From the human T2T-CHM13v2.0 reference genome, Homo sapiens, in the NCBI RefSeq assembly GCF_009914755.1, contig NC_060929.1: a stretch of DNA of 64,000 bases, one strand, 5' to 3'. The first letter of the stretch is position 1, and each line of letters starts with the position of its first letter. The notes below the pieces were generated by a model. That model searched no databases and was not told where the DNA came from. It saw only the letters and a program-made list of their open reading frames with translations. Positions 27,500-41,323 of this stretch are shown here, one piece after another. The position numbers and the translations under genes were made by a program.

Positions 27500-28010
27500 T
27501 AGATTCCAGAAGGGGAAGAGAAGAAAGGCGATAACAAAGTAAATAAATAAGTGAAAATATTAATTCCAGATGAGTGTATAAAAGGCAATGAACCAGGGTT
27601 ATGTGAATCAAAGTGACTCAGGAGCTATGTTAAAAGGCACTGCCAGGAGAGGCTTCTCTCAAGAGTGACATTTGAGCTGACACCTGAATCATGTGAGGGC
27701 ACCAGGCCTGGGATGATCTGGGACAGGGTGTTCCAGGCAGAGGGCACAGCAGGTGCAAAGGCCCTGAGGTAGGACTGCATTCTGACTATTCAAGGAGTAG
27801 GAAAGCCAAACAAGGATGAGGTGTGGTGAACACCAGGGGAGTTTAGGCAATGATTTGCAGAGGCCGGGTAGGTGGAGACAGATCTCAAAGGGCCTGAGGG
27901 GTTTTGGAAAAGAGTTGTGATGTTATTCCCACGGATGGGAAATCAGTGAGAGATTTCAAGGAAAGGTTAACAGTCTGACTTTTATTTAAAAAAATTATTT
28001 TAGCTACTCT
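27500..28010. mobile_element. L2 fragment
   Basis: gtgacatttgagctgacacctgaa; ccaggcagagggcacagcaggtgcaaaggccctgagg. Confidence 0.7.
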
Positions 28011-28029
28011 GTGTTATTTGAAAGCAATT

Positions 28030-29345
28030 TTGTTTTTAGATTTATTAAGATATAATTTCATATAGTACATTTCACTCATTTTAAATTACTCTTTAATGAA
28101 TCGTAATAATATATTGTGTTGGATAAACATCGTGACAATCAAGATAAAGAACACTTCCATCACCCTAAAAGTTTCTTTGTGCTCCTTCTCCAGCCCCAAG
28201 CCCCGTGCAACCCCTAATTTCCTGTCACTGTAGATTTGCCTTTTCTAGAGTTTCATATAAGTGGAATCGTGCAGTATTAATTTTCTGTTTGACTTTTACT
28301 CAGCAAGATGTTTTTGAGGTTTATGTTGTTGTGCATATTAACATTTTGGTCCTTTTTATTACTGAGTCAGTATACCACTGGCCAGTTACCAATGGTATAT
28401 AGCATTGACCAATTATTGGGCATTTGGGTAAGTTTTCAGTTCAGAGCTATTATACTAATGCAACTATGAACATTTGGAAACAAATCCTTGTGCGGACATG
28501 TTTTAATTCCTTTTGGGCAGTACTTAGCAGTGGGATTGCTGGATCATGTGATAAGTGTATATATAACTTTTTAAGATATTGCCATGCTGTTTCTCAAAAT
28601 GGCTGTACAATTTTTTTTGTTTTTTTGAGACAGGGTCTCTCACTCTATCACCCAGGCTGGAGTATAATGGTGTGATCATGGCTCACTGTAGCTTCGACCC
28701 CCTGGGCTCAGGTGATTGTTCTACCTCAGCCTCCCAAGTAGCTGGGATCACAGGTGCATGCCAACATGCCTGGCTAATTTTTTTTTATTTTCTGTAGAGA
28801 TGGGTTTTCACTATGTTGCCGAGGCTGATCTTGAATTCCTGGGCTCAAATGGTCAGCCCATCTCAGCCTTCCAAAGTGCTGAGATTACAGGTGTGAGCCA
28901 CCACGCCAGCCTAATTTTGCATTTCTACCAGCAATATATGAGAGCTTTAGTTGCTCTACATCCTCGTCAACACTTGATATCAGACTTTTTAACTTAGCCA
29001 TTCTAGTGGTTGTGTAGTTGTATCTCATTGTAGTTTTAATTTTCATTTTTTTTGATAAGTAGTAATGTTGAGTATCTCTTTATGTGCTTCCTGTCATTTC
29101 CACTTGTATTTTCTCTTGGGAAGTGTCTGGTCAAACATTTTACCCATTTTAATTGGGTTATTTTCCTCATAATTAGTTGTAAGAGTTATTTGTATGTTCT
29201 AGATACAAATTCTTTGTCAGATATGTTTTGCAAGTTTCTCCAAATCTGTACCTAGCTGTTGCATCTTTCAAAGAGCAAAAGTTTATAGTTTTGAAAAAAT
29301 CCATTTAAGCAATATTTTTCTTTTATAGTTTGTGCTTTTTATGAC
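28030..29345 (-). mobile_element. Old L1M 3' fragment, antisense, interrupted by an AluJ at 28611-28912
   Basis: acaatcaagataaagaacacttccatcaccctaaaag; gggattgctggatcatgtg; catttctaccagcaatatatgagag; Alu flanked by aatttt. Confidence 0.8.
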
Positions 29346-29538
29346 ACTAACTTTATGAAGAAGTCTGGGTCAATGGTGACATTTCCCAAGATAGAAAAAT
29401 ACAGGCCAAGAGAGTCAAAGCGAATTGATTCAGGTTACAGAAGCTTTTGATGGCAGAGCTGGATGGAATGCCCAAACTTTAGGCTTGAACCCAATATCCT
29501 TGACTATCTCTCTGTTGCTCTAAGTGGTGCTAGGCTAA

Positions 29539-29733
<195 letters not shown>

Positions 29734-30037
29734 TAGGTGTGTCCAGGGTTGCCCTACTTCTCTGACTATGGGAAGCAGTGCACAGAGCATCTTTTCTTTC
29801 CATCCTCACTTGTGGAGCAATCTCCACCTGGAAAAGAGACTGCACCTGAGTGAGAATGTGGAAATAACTTCTTTGGAGGTTGTAGGAGTCAAGTGGAAGT
29901 GTTATTTACCACCAGTTTTTTCCCACAGTGGAGTTTATGGTTGTAGGGTTTTGTAAAATAGATTTTGATTGCCAGAAAGCAGTCAGAAATAACAAGATTC
30001 AGACAAGTAGCATTGGCTAGAATAAAAATATGTACTT

Positions 30038-30361
<324 letters not shown>

Positions 30362-33275
30362 TGAATGCTCCAAATCCTCTGTAGCAGCAATAGGCTAAGG
30401 GTATAGGCTCTGAGATCTGTCTGGGTTCACATCTAGGCCCCAGCCTTTACTCTTTCTTAACATGGGGCAGGTTGTTAATGTTTCTTAAGCCTGAGTTTCC
30501 CATCTGCATAATGCGAGTGCTGACCTCACAGGGTCATTTGCTTCAGGCTTTAATGAGAAAGAGTTTGTGATGCACAAGGCCTGGCACATGTTGCCTGTAC
30601 TGCAAGGGGCAGTGGTTGTTATTATTACTACTTTAATAAGTTGTTCTTGGGAATGGAGGAAGTGAGGGAACTTCTGGGTGCCTCAGCTCAAGGAAGGGAA
30701 AATACTCTTGGGAATCTCCAGGGAAGAGACTTTGCTGCTCCTCCGGCTCCCACTGCCAGACTCCTGGCCTCTACTTGTGGCTTAGACCATCCTTCCTCTC
30801 AGGCGACCACTGCCTGTCTCCTCCATTGGGGTTTTAGCCCAAGACATGGTCTCATATTTGAGGCCACTGACCGTGACTGCAGGCATGCGCCACCACGCCC
30901 GGCTAATTTTTAAGTTTTTGTAGAGGCACACATTAGAAAAGAGCTAGGACATGATCTCTCTGCCTTTGTGGGAAAAATGGATAAAATGATGTCTTCCTGG
31001 CTTGTTGTTATGATGATTAAATGAACGAATACACCATGCCTGAGGAATAGTGGTGCTTTAGTAAACAGCGGCCTCCTGGAGACATGCATGAAACTGGAGG
31101 GGCTGTCCATCTCAGAAGAATGTGCTGGGGTCTGTACATTGTCTCATCTAATCCTCATGGTTCCGTGTCACTAAGATGAGAAAATGAGGCTCAGGGAAGT
31201 CAAGCAACTTGCCCAAAGTCACAAATATTTGTAAACAGCAGAGCTGGGATTTATATACAGGCCCATCTAACTCCAAAGACAAGCTATTTCCCACGTAAGT
31301 CTGTCACCAAGGAATGAGTTGTGTCAAATATTCTAAATGGTTTTCACCAGGGTTTCAGCACCATTATGGTGGAAAGGTAATTTTTATTATGCACCAAAGT
31401 CCCTAACCTCAAAGAGTCAGCCCAATTCACCTGGCTTAGCCTTGGTGGACCCCGATAATGAGTGTCCCTGGTCCCTTACGCCCACCTTGAAATGGTTTGG
31501 GAGTCAGAGGCAGGGGCCCCTTGCTGTTCCCTGTCAGTTACTCCCAAGGTTCCTGAAAGGCTCACTGGCTGCAGTTTCAGGAGCCTTAGAAGCAACCGAG
31601 AGGAAACAGTATGGGGCCTATGACACACAGCAGATCTGAAAGTGCTCACTGCCTGCCACATTGACAAGGGAGTGTGGTCGGCTGGCCCCATCTCAGTGAT
31701 GGATGGCTGGACCAGCTCTGTGGAGGGAGACCATGAATCAGCGAGGTGGCAGCTGTGCTCCCTGCCGTGCCACCTGGCAGGCCATGCTCAATGGGGTGTG
31801 CCTGAGTGACATCTCTGAGAGTGCTGGAGACGAGGGCCAGCCCAGGGAGAGTGGGGATGAACAGAGAGAGGAGGACAAAGGGGGCAGAAACCAGCAATTG
31901 TGAAAAGAGGAGAAAGCAAAGGAAGAAGAGAAGAGGCACAATGCAGGAAGGAGGGCAGGGGAATCTGGGAACACTCCCAATGTCAGTCTCACTCTGAAGA
32001 GCTGCTCTTTCCCTAAGCAAGAAATCTGGGCTCCTGCCTGCTGTAGCCAGGATCGACATACAGTGAACAACAGGCAGGTTAAGACATCTTCAGTGTGGCC
32101 CAGATGTGGACTGGGGAGAATATAGCTAGGATCGATGTTTTAATGTTGGACTGAATCACGGTCAGATACCCAGTAGATCCCTGAAGGGATCCTGTTTGGG
32201 AAATTTAATGTAAATTTTTACAGGACAAAAGAGAAGCAGTTCAGGTATCAGGCTAGCAGTAAGGCTTATGCCCAAAAATTGTGTGATGAGGAGTTGGAAT
32301 AGTACTCCTCGTTCCTCTGAGTAGGTTGTCATTTGGAGGAGGTCTTACATGTCTTGGTGCTGTGAGCCTTCAGATTCTACCACCTAGATCTTCCTGGGTG
32401 AGGATGGATGGGACCAGCTCAGCCCTCCAAATTGTTTTCCTTATTTATGATTGTGCTTCTCCTGGAAGAAAATTGCTGGTGCTTGCTGTTTAGACGTAGC
32501 AAGCTGGGTCACTGAGGGGCTTGCTACATATGATGGAAGGTACTGGAATATATCTAAGCATTTCACTAACAACAGTACAGAAATTACCAATGAGAAAGCA
32601 TTAAAAATAAAAAAAATTTGCATGGAGACTTCCTAGTTAGTTTACTGCAAACTCCACTACAATTTTTAGATCTTACTGAAAAAAACACAAAAGATGAAAA
32701 GATCCACTTAACTTGATTGAGTTTTAAGCATTGGTTAATCTGGGACTGTGTTCATTTTTGCTATTGGCCCCATTGCCTGCTTGAACTCTGCTCAGTCTGC
32801 TCTCATTAACCTTTTAGGGGTGACTGGAGAGAGAGGAACGAGGCATCAGAGATAAAACAAGCTCTAAAAGGAAGTCAAGTCCCTTTAATTTTGCTGAATC
32901 CATCCCGTTATGCCTTCTTAGGCTAACTTGATTTTTGAATTTTTAAAAAATCTTGTTCCTAATTTAAAATAATGGGCACTTATTTAGCACCAACTATATG
33001 CTCCTAAATGGCGTGGAAAATCTGATGACTCAACTCAGCAAACTATATTAAGCTTCTTCTAACTTAAATAAGTGCTAGACCTCTCTATCTTCCTGGAGTG
33101 ATGGGACTGACCAGCATGACGGCTGCTAGGAGATATGAGATGGCAAAGGATCGTACGTTAGAACCATATAGCTGGTCCTCATAAAACCCTCCAATGGGTT
33201 TCCATTACTCTCATCATCAAGGCAAAAATCCTTGAATGGCCTATAAAGCCTATGTGGTCTGGCCTCTCCCTCTAA

Positions 33276-33615
<340 letters not shown>

Positions 33616-33822
33616 TGAATCTGTTTCCTAGATGCATCCAGCTGTTTCCTGCCTCGTGGCCTTTACTCACGTTGACTTTGCCTGAAGCATTTCCCTTTCC
33701 TACCTTCTTTTCTTGACCAACTTTATTTCATGTCATTTCCTCAGCAAAGACTTCCTTGACCACCCACTAGGTCAGGCCCATTTGATACACATTCATACAA
33801 CATCCTGAACTTTTCCTTTATA

Positions 33823-34064
33823 CAGCCTGACTATTCCTTATTTGAAACGCTTGGGACCAGAATTGTTTTGGATTTCAGATTTTCTCTTGGATTTTGGAAT
33901 ATTTGCATTATATATATCTACCAGTTGAGCATCTCTAATCCCAAAATCTGAAATCTAAAATATTCTGATGAACATTTCCTTTGAGCATCATGTTGACACT
34001 TAAAAATTTTCAGGTTTGGGAGCATTTCATATTTGGGATTTTCAGATTAAGGGTGCTTAGCCTG
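33823..34064. mobile_element. Tigger4a/MER46-like TcMar DNA transposon
   Basis: ta|cag...ctg|ta ends with degenerate terminal inverted repeats; gcttgggaccagaattgttttggatttcagatttt; ~240 bp. Confidence 0.75.
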
Positions 34065-34515
34065 TAGCACAATTTTATATAAATAGTGTTACAATGGCAT
34101 TTAAACAGTTATTTAATTGTATCTTAGATAATGGCTGAGACCCTATATGACCCATCACTGTATGACATTCCATTCAAGGAAACAGCTCTACATTCAAAGG
34201 GTAACTTAAAATAATTCAGATCTTTACTCAGTCTTGAATGGGGAACGGGCCGGAAAGGGTAAATATATTCTTAATGTCCAATAAAATATACTAAAGTCCT
34301 TTCCCCTCTCATCTCTGCCATTCTCAATAACCTCTATCAGTATGCAGATGCTCCTCAAAAATATTAGACAGCTGTGCCAGAATTTGCTTAGCAGATGGGA
34401 GAGGGATAGTAGTGGCAAATACGCATAGGTTAATAGTTCTTTGCTCTTGCCTGTCTAATGTCTGTCTCCCAACACAACTGTGATCTCTCGGAGGGAAGGA
34501 CCATGTCTTTCTTAA

Positions 34516-34803
<288 letters not shown>

Positions 34804-35437
34804 TGAAGTGTGGCTGTCCTGCAGAGCTGTGTTGTGGGCTCCAAGCAGAAATCCAAAGCTGACAAAGGACATTGTGTGCCTTGAGGAAGCTTTCGGAAAG
34901 ATGGATGTTCACCTCTGTTTTTCCTCATCTCTCCCTATCCGTCTCACTCCTGCACACACAGAGAACATATGCAGAATGCTACATAAACAAGCACCAACTT
35001 CTTTGAGCAATAATGCCCAGGTGAACTGGGCACAACAGCAATTTTGATTTTCCGGTTCATTCATGATTAACCTGAGTTCCTTTCTTTGTTCAGGGCTTTC
35101 TGAAAAATCTTTCTAAAATATATCAGAAAAAAATAGGACCTTTCTAGAATATTGACTGCCTTGGTAAATTGGACATTCTGAATATAATTAAGTCATAGAT
35201 GACTAACGATCTGGTGGGTCCTTAGGATCATCCTTCTAACTACCAATACTCACTGAGCAAGACATGTACGTAGAAATGTTGAAATCGATTGTTATTTGGA
35301 TGATTTATTTCTGAGAGCGAAGCTGGCTTTTTAGCTCTGAATAGGGGAAACAAGGGAAAGAAGGAGATAAGTAAAGGTTATAATTTTTAGTAGAGACCCC
35401 TTTCTCATCCTGTTTCCATAAGGGTGTGAAGAGTGTG

Positions 35438-35592
35438 ATTTTTTTTTTTTTTTTTTTGAGATGGAGTCTCACTCTGTTGCCCAGGCTGGGGTGCAGTGGC
35501 ACCATCTCGGCTCTCAAGGAGAATCTCAAGTGATTCTCCTGCCTCAGCCTCCTGAGTAGCTGGAATTACAGGTGTGAGCCACCTCACCCAGC
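35438..35592 (-). mobile_element. Internally deleted, monomer-length Alu
   Basis: Right-arm sequence fused to left-arm 5' end at gctggaattacaggtgtgagccac; TSD agtgtgat. Confidence 0.85.
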
Positions 35593-36331
35593 AAGTGTGA
35601 TCTTAAGACACCTAAATATCTTAGCATTGTCTGTAAGCTTCTTTGGGGAGAACACTGTTTATGAGATTTTTCACTACATTGCCTGTATTAGCTAGGGAAA
35701 TTACAGAGAAGGAGCCAGGGAGGGATTTGGGCATTGACCAAACAGATGAGTTGGATCCAGGAGTGACCGACATGCTAGATTAACCTACCTTGCTCTACAA
35801 TAATTTTTTGGTTACAGCCCATTAATTGCAATGTCTTATGTTATGTTGTGATTACATTGAGGAATAGCTGATTAATTTTGTTATTTTCTTTAAAAAATGG
35901 GCCAGAGGCATGGAATGGGATCATAGGTCCTAATTGCTTAGGCAAAGTTTTCTTGGCATATATAGATGTGCCTCCATCCTGTTTATCTGTTATTAGTTAC
36001 AAGGAGGAGCCTATTTATTTTCTGGATAAATAGGAGAGTCCCACAGGCCTTCCTGATTAAACCACAAGACAGATGTTGCATGAGAGGGAGAAGAACGGGG
36101 AATCAATCAGTGGTTCATTTTGCAGAGAACCAATTCATGATGTAAACATGGGGGAAAGAGCATCAGTAAATTTGTGTCACACAGCATTAATGAGAATGTA
36201 ATCCTGCCTTCATGGAATTCTGCCTGGGCCACACCTCCGCTCCTCAGAACAAGTGGAGTTGAGAGCCTTGGTTGACAGGCTCAACAGGTGGATGCTTCCC
36301 TCTGTTAAGATGATCAGTCTTGATCTGGGGG

Positions 36332-36757
36332 TGTATTAGTTCATTCTTGCATGGCTATAAAGAAATCCCTGAAACTGGGTAATTTGTAAAGAAAAGAGCT
36401 TTAATTGGCTCATGGTTCTTCAGGCTGTACGAGAAGGGTGATGTTGGCATCTTCTCGACTTCTGGGGGGGCCTCAGGAAAGTTGCCATCATGGCAGAAGG
36501 CAAAGGGAAAGCAGGCTTGTCCTATGTGACCAGAGCAGGAACAAGAGACACGGGGGAGGTGCTACACACTTTTAAACAACCAGGTCTTAGGAGAACTCGC
36601 TATCATGATGATAGCACCTTTGGTGTCATTTCTCCTGGTGTTAAACCATAAGAAAGCACCCCCATGATCCAATCACCTCCCATCAGGCCCCACCTCCAGC
36701 CTGGGGATTACATTTTAACATGAGATTTGGGTGGGGACAGTGATCCAGACCATATCA
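36332..36757 (-). mobile_element. MSTA/MSTB-like MaLR solo LTR (426 bp)
   Basis: TGTATTAG...ATATCA ends with 5-bp TSD GGGGG. Confidence 0.88.
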
Positions 36758-37148
36758 GGGGGCAAGGAAGGTGATGGTGCTCTCACTTCTTATATCGATC
36801 CAAGAGCTAGCCAATGAGTGCCTACTATGCATGTGCTCTGTGCTAAGCACTGGCCATACAGCAGTGAGTGCTTTCATGGTGCAGTGGGGTTAAATTCAGA
36901 TAATAAAATGCATGCACAAATAAACAAGAGCAATGTCAGAAAGCAATCCAAGCAATGCAGATAATTAAAACAGGGTGATGTGATGGTATGTGACTGGAAG
37001 TTACTTTCAACTGGGTGTTGAGGTGACGTTTAAATTAGAGATGAGATAAGACTTGGCAAGCATGTGTCTTGCTGGCCTTATTTCCTCCCTCTCTGGATGT
37101 TAGCTCTTCCTGGTCTCCTATGTTGGGGGAAGGCTTCCAGATCTTTGA

Positions 37149-37538
<390 letters not shown>

Positions 37539-38046
37539 CTTTCCCTCTGTTTTGTAAGGGTTTACCCCACAAGGCTATGTAAGAAGAAAGCAGCATATAC
37601 TACGAGGTTCCCTAAGATTTAGCCCAGTTTTGGGGTGGTTGCTAACACACAGGAAACAAGAGTGAACAATAAAAGAAGCACTAATGAGTTCCTAAATCAG
37701 GTGATGCTTGTTAAGTTCCATTGCCCTGCTTCCCCAATACTTTCGAGTTTTGTAAGGCCGAAGCAGAAATGACTGGGAGACACCATAGATTGGAGCACAA
37801 TTCTGTATGAGGATTGCCAGTTGACACACCCTCCAGAGAATATAATGTGAATATAGCATTTGGCTATTTTTTACACTTTAAGATTCTTTAGTGTGGAGGT
37901 GTGTGTGTGGGGGTGGGGTGGCGGGGGGGCGCTGTCCGATGAGACAGCTCTAAGAGGTCTGACATCTTCCTTTGAGCAAGTAAAAAATTGTTAAGAGAAG
38001 AAGGTGGAATGGGGGCTTACCTGGGAATCTTCTAGGTTTATGTAGT

Positions 38047-38430
38047 ATATTAGTTTGCTAGGCCTGCCATAACTATCACAGATTGGTTCATGCAAACAAG
38101 AGAAATGTATTTTCTCACAATTCTGGAGTCTAGAAGTCTGAGATTAAGGTGTTGGCAGGGTTGGTTTCTTCTGAGGCCTCTTGCCTTGGTTTGCAGATGA
38201 CTGTCTTCTCCCTGAGTCTTCACCGTGGTCTTCTCTCTGTGTTTGTCTGTGCCCTGATATCTTCTTATAAGGACACCAGTCATACTGACCAAACAACCTC
38301 TTTTTAACTTAATTACTTATTTAAAGACCCTGTTTCCAAATGCAGTCATGTTGTGAGACACTGAAGATTAGGTATTCAATATATGAATTTGGGGTGTGTG
38401 TGTGGGGGTGGGGGAGCAATTCAGCCCCTT
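38047..38430 (-). mobile_element. MLT1-type MaLR LTR
   Basis: tctcacaattctggagtctagaagtctgagattaaggtgttggcagggttggtttcttctgaggcc; tcttataaggacaccagtcat. Confidence 0.8.
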
Positions 38431-39111
38431 CAAGTCTAGGAAGCTTTCAGGTACCAGGGCCTCTGTCGCTCTGAAAGGCACCAATCTAAGTATTTCAAAA
38501 ATATGGAGAATCCTAATTTGAGGAGAGAAGGTATTAGGGATGGAGGTCATTATGAAGGAAGGAGGATTCAAGTTTTAAAGATGGAAACGATGTGGATATG
38601 TAGAGGAGGAAGAGGCAAGCATTGGAGGGGAAGTGTGGGAGCAGGGTGGTTAGGAAGAAAGATCCAGAGTTGGAAGTGAGCATTGTGTGTTTATGGAGCA
38701 ATAAAGAAATCTTTGTGACAAAAATAACCTACTTATATTCAGAGAGTCATGGGGAATCAGTGGGCTAGGACAGCTGGATATATTATGTCTAGGTCCTTTC
38801 ATGTCAACTGGGAAAGAGTAGAACTAATAGGGTAGGAAATAGGGAGCTATTAATGTTGTTGGGGGGAAATAAATGAAATAATAGATGCGATGTCTAAAGA
38901 TGAATTCATAAGAGATTTCAGGATGGTTTGGAGGAAGGAGTCAGGCAGGCCAGAGACAAGGCTGTTCCAACCATCTGGACGTGAAATAATTGGGATCTCA
39001 AATTCAAATGCCTGCAGAAGAAGGCAAGGGATGCAGATGATGGGGTGGGGGGTCTTTCTTAGCCTGAAAAGCAGATGTCCATTCCTGCAGCTGGTGGGAT
39101 GAACAGCCCTT

Positions 39112-39448
39112 GTACCAGTCAGTGCTCTCTGGGGAAACAGAACCCATGGAATATAAGTTTGCGATCCTAAAGGCAGGCTGGCAGGCTGGAAACTCAGGCA
39201 GGATTTCTATACTACAGTCTTGAGGCAGAATTCCTCCTTGTCTGGCAAACCTGTTTTTGCTCTTAAGACCTTCAGCTGGTTGGATGAGGCCCACGGACAT
39301 TATAGAACGTCATCTCCTTTACTTAGTCAGCTGGTTGTAGATATTAATCAGCTCTACAAAATACCTTCATAGCAATATCCAGACCGGTGTTTGACCAAAC
39401 AGCTAGGCACCACAACCTAGCCAGGTTGGCATACAAAATTTAACCGTC
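39112..39448 (-). mobile_element. MLT2-like ERVL LTR
   Basis: ttgaggcagaattcctcc; ggatgaggcccac; aaaataccttcatagcaa; tgtttgaccaaac. Confidence 0.75.
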
Positions 39449-40083
39449 ATGGTCCCCAGGCAGGAAGGTGTGGACCACACTGGGGCCTTGCCCTGTTCCC
39501 AGAGACTCTGCACAGCCCCACTCCCTTCCTCCTATACCAGCATAGTGAGAGGCAGGGGATGGCAGCTGTGCCTTGGTCCTGGATCTGATGTGAGCCGACA
39601 GCTTATTCCCAGTGCATATGCCCATATGAGAATTAACTCGAAGGAGAATAAACTGTTCCCTTTTGAGACCTGGCCCAGGGTACTCTACTCTGATGCCAAC
39701 AGCATGTCTTGTTGTTTCTTCCTTAGCTGATCCTTACTGGCAGGGGGCCTCAAGATCACTGAAGCTTTTAGATTCGAGCATGAAGTCAGGAGTTTCCTCC
39801 TGCATGCCTTTCTGATGGCAAGGGAGCTGTACTGTAGTAGCTATGTTTGTGGTCTTTGGTGTCAGGGACTGGGCTCAAAGCCCAGAGTCTCATGGGCTAT
39901 GGTCATGACCTTGGGGAAGCCTCTTATCTTCTTTGTGTCTCAGTTTCCCCATCTGTCAAATGGGGATGCAATAATTGTATGTACTTCAGAGATGTGAGAG
40001 ATTGAATATGGTGATGCAGGAATCACTTAGCACAGTGGATGAGAGTGCGTTTCACCAGTTTTGGCTTTTCTAGACTCAGTTGA

Positions 40084-40390
40084 GCTGGGTCTGGTGGCTC
40101 ATGTCTGTAATCCCAGCACTTTCGGAGGCTGATGTGGGAGGATTGCTTGAGCCCAGGAGTTTGAAATCAGCCTGGACAACATAGTGAGACCCCATCTCTT
40201 AAAAAAAAAATTAGGTAGGCATGGTGGCTCATGCCTGTAGTCCCAGCTACTCAAGAGGCTGAGGTGGGAGGATTATTTGAGCCTGGGAGACTGAGGCTGC
40301 AGTGAGCTGTGATCATGCTACTGCCCTCTAGCCTGTGTGACAGAGTGAAGCCCTGTCTCAAAATAAATAAAATAAATAAATAAACAAACA
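40084..40390 (+). mobile_element. AluJ with (AAAT)n tail
   Basis: Full dimer; ggaggattgcttgagcccaggagttt. Confidence 0.9.
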
Positions 40391-41187
40391 GATAGTTGAC
40401 TGCAGTTTCCTGACCCCTTGAAGTCAGGTGCGGCCATATGCCTTTCTTTGGCAAATGACATGCAAGCAAAAAGTGATGTGCATCTCTCTTGGGTAGATGA
40501 TTTAAGAGCCAGAAGTGATTTGCCACATTCCTTTCCCCTGTGGCAGAGACAGTGAGCGCACCCGTGCTGAGACAGAGCTGCCAGCCAGGGGCCCAGAGTA
40601 AGTAAGTAATCAGAGCCCCCACCCCTCTGCATTGGCCCTGTAGACTGCACCAGAAGTAAACTTCTGCTGTGTTGTAAGCACTGAGATATTGGGGTTGTTA
40701 GCACTACCTCAACCCAACTGATGGCCACACTTTAGATGTGCAGGAAATGGTAGCTGTTATGATTTTTTTCTCTTCCTTTTGTCTTCTCTCTCAGAGGTTC
40801 TGAGCAATGATGTGACCGATGGTGTCATCCGAGTCATCTGTAGCAAATGCTACTTTTGGATCTATCACCTCGGCATATGGGGAATCCTGTCTGTACAGCT
40901 GATATTCCACCTCTACCCTTCTCTTGCCCTATCATTTTGAGAGGGAAGAATTGGGATTAAACACTAGAGTTTTATCACTCATTTTCCTTTGCAAACCTTA
41001 CCTTGCTTATCTGTGAAATGGATGTGAGAGCCTTGTTTCTATCTTTTCCAGGACTTATTGTATGATTGGTCCATGTATAGCAAGTATTATATACATCCCT
41101 CAGAAATTACTATTACTGGGTTTTCTTGTCTACCTTTTTTCCCCCATTCAGCACATGATGGTCAATTTTTTGTTTCTTTCCCCACAG

Positions 41188-41323
41188 GATCTTGGAAACA
41201 AAGACCTCAACAGGGATAAAATTTACTTGATTTGTCAAATAGTCCGGGTCGGCAAGATGGATCTTAAGGATACTGGTGCAAAGAAGTGCACGCAGGGACT
41301 GAGGAGGCCCTTTGGGGTGGCAG
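41188..41323 (+). CDS. DOCK2: DOCK2 exon 10 (136 nt): [45 protein letters not shown](V)
   Basis: cccacag|GAT CTT...GCA G|gtaagg. Confidence 0.96.
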
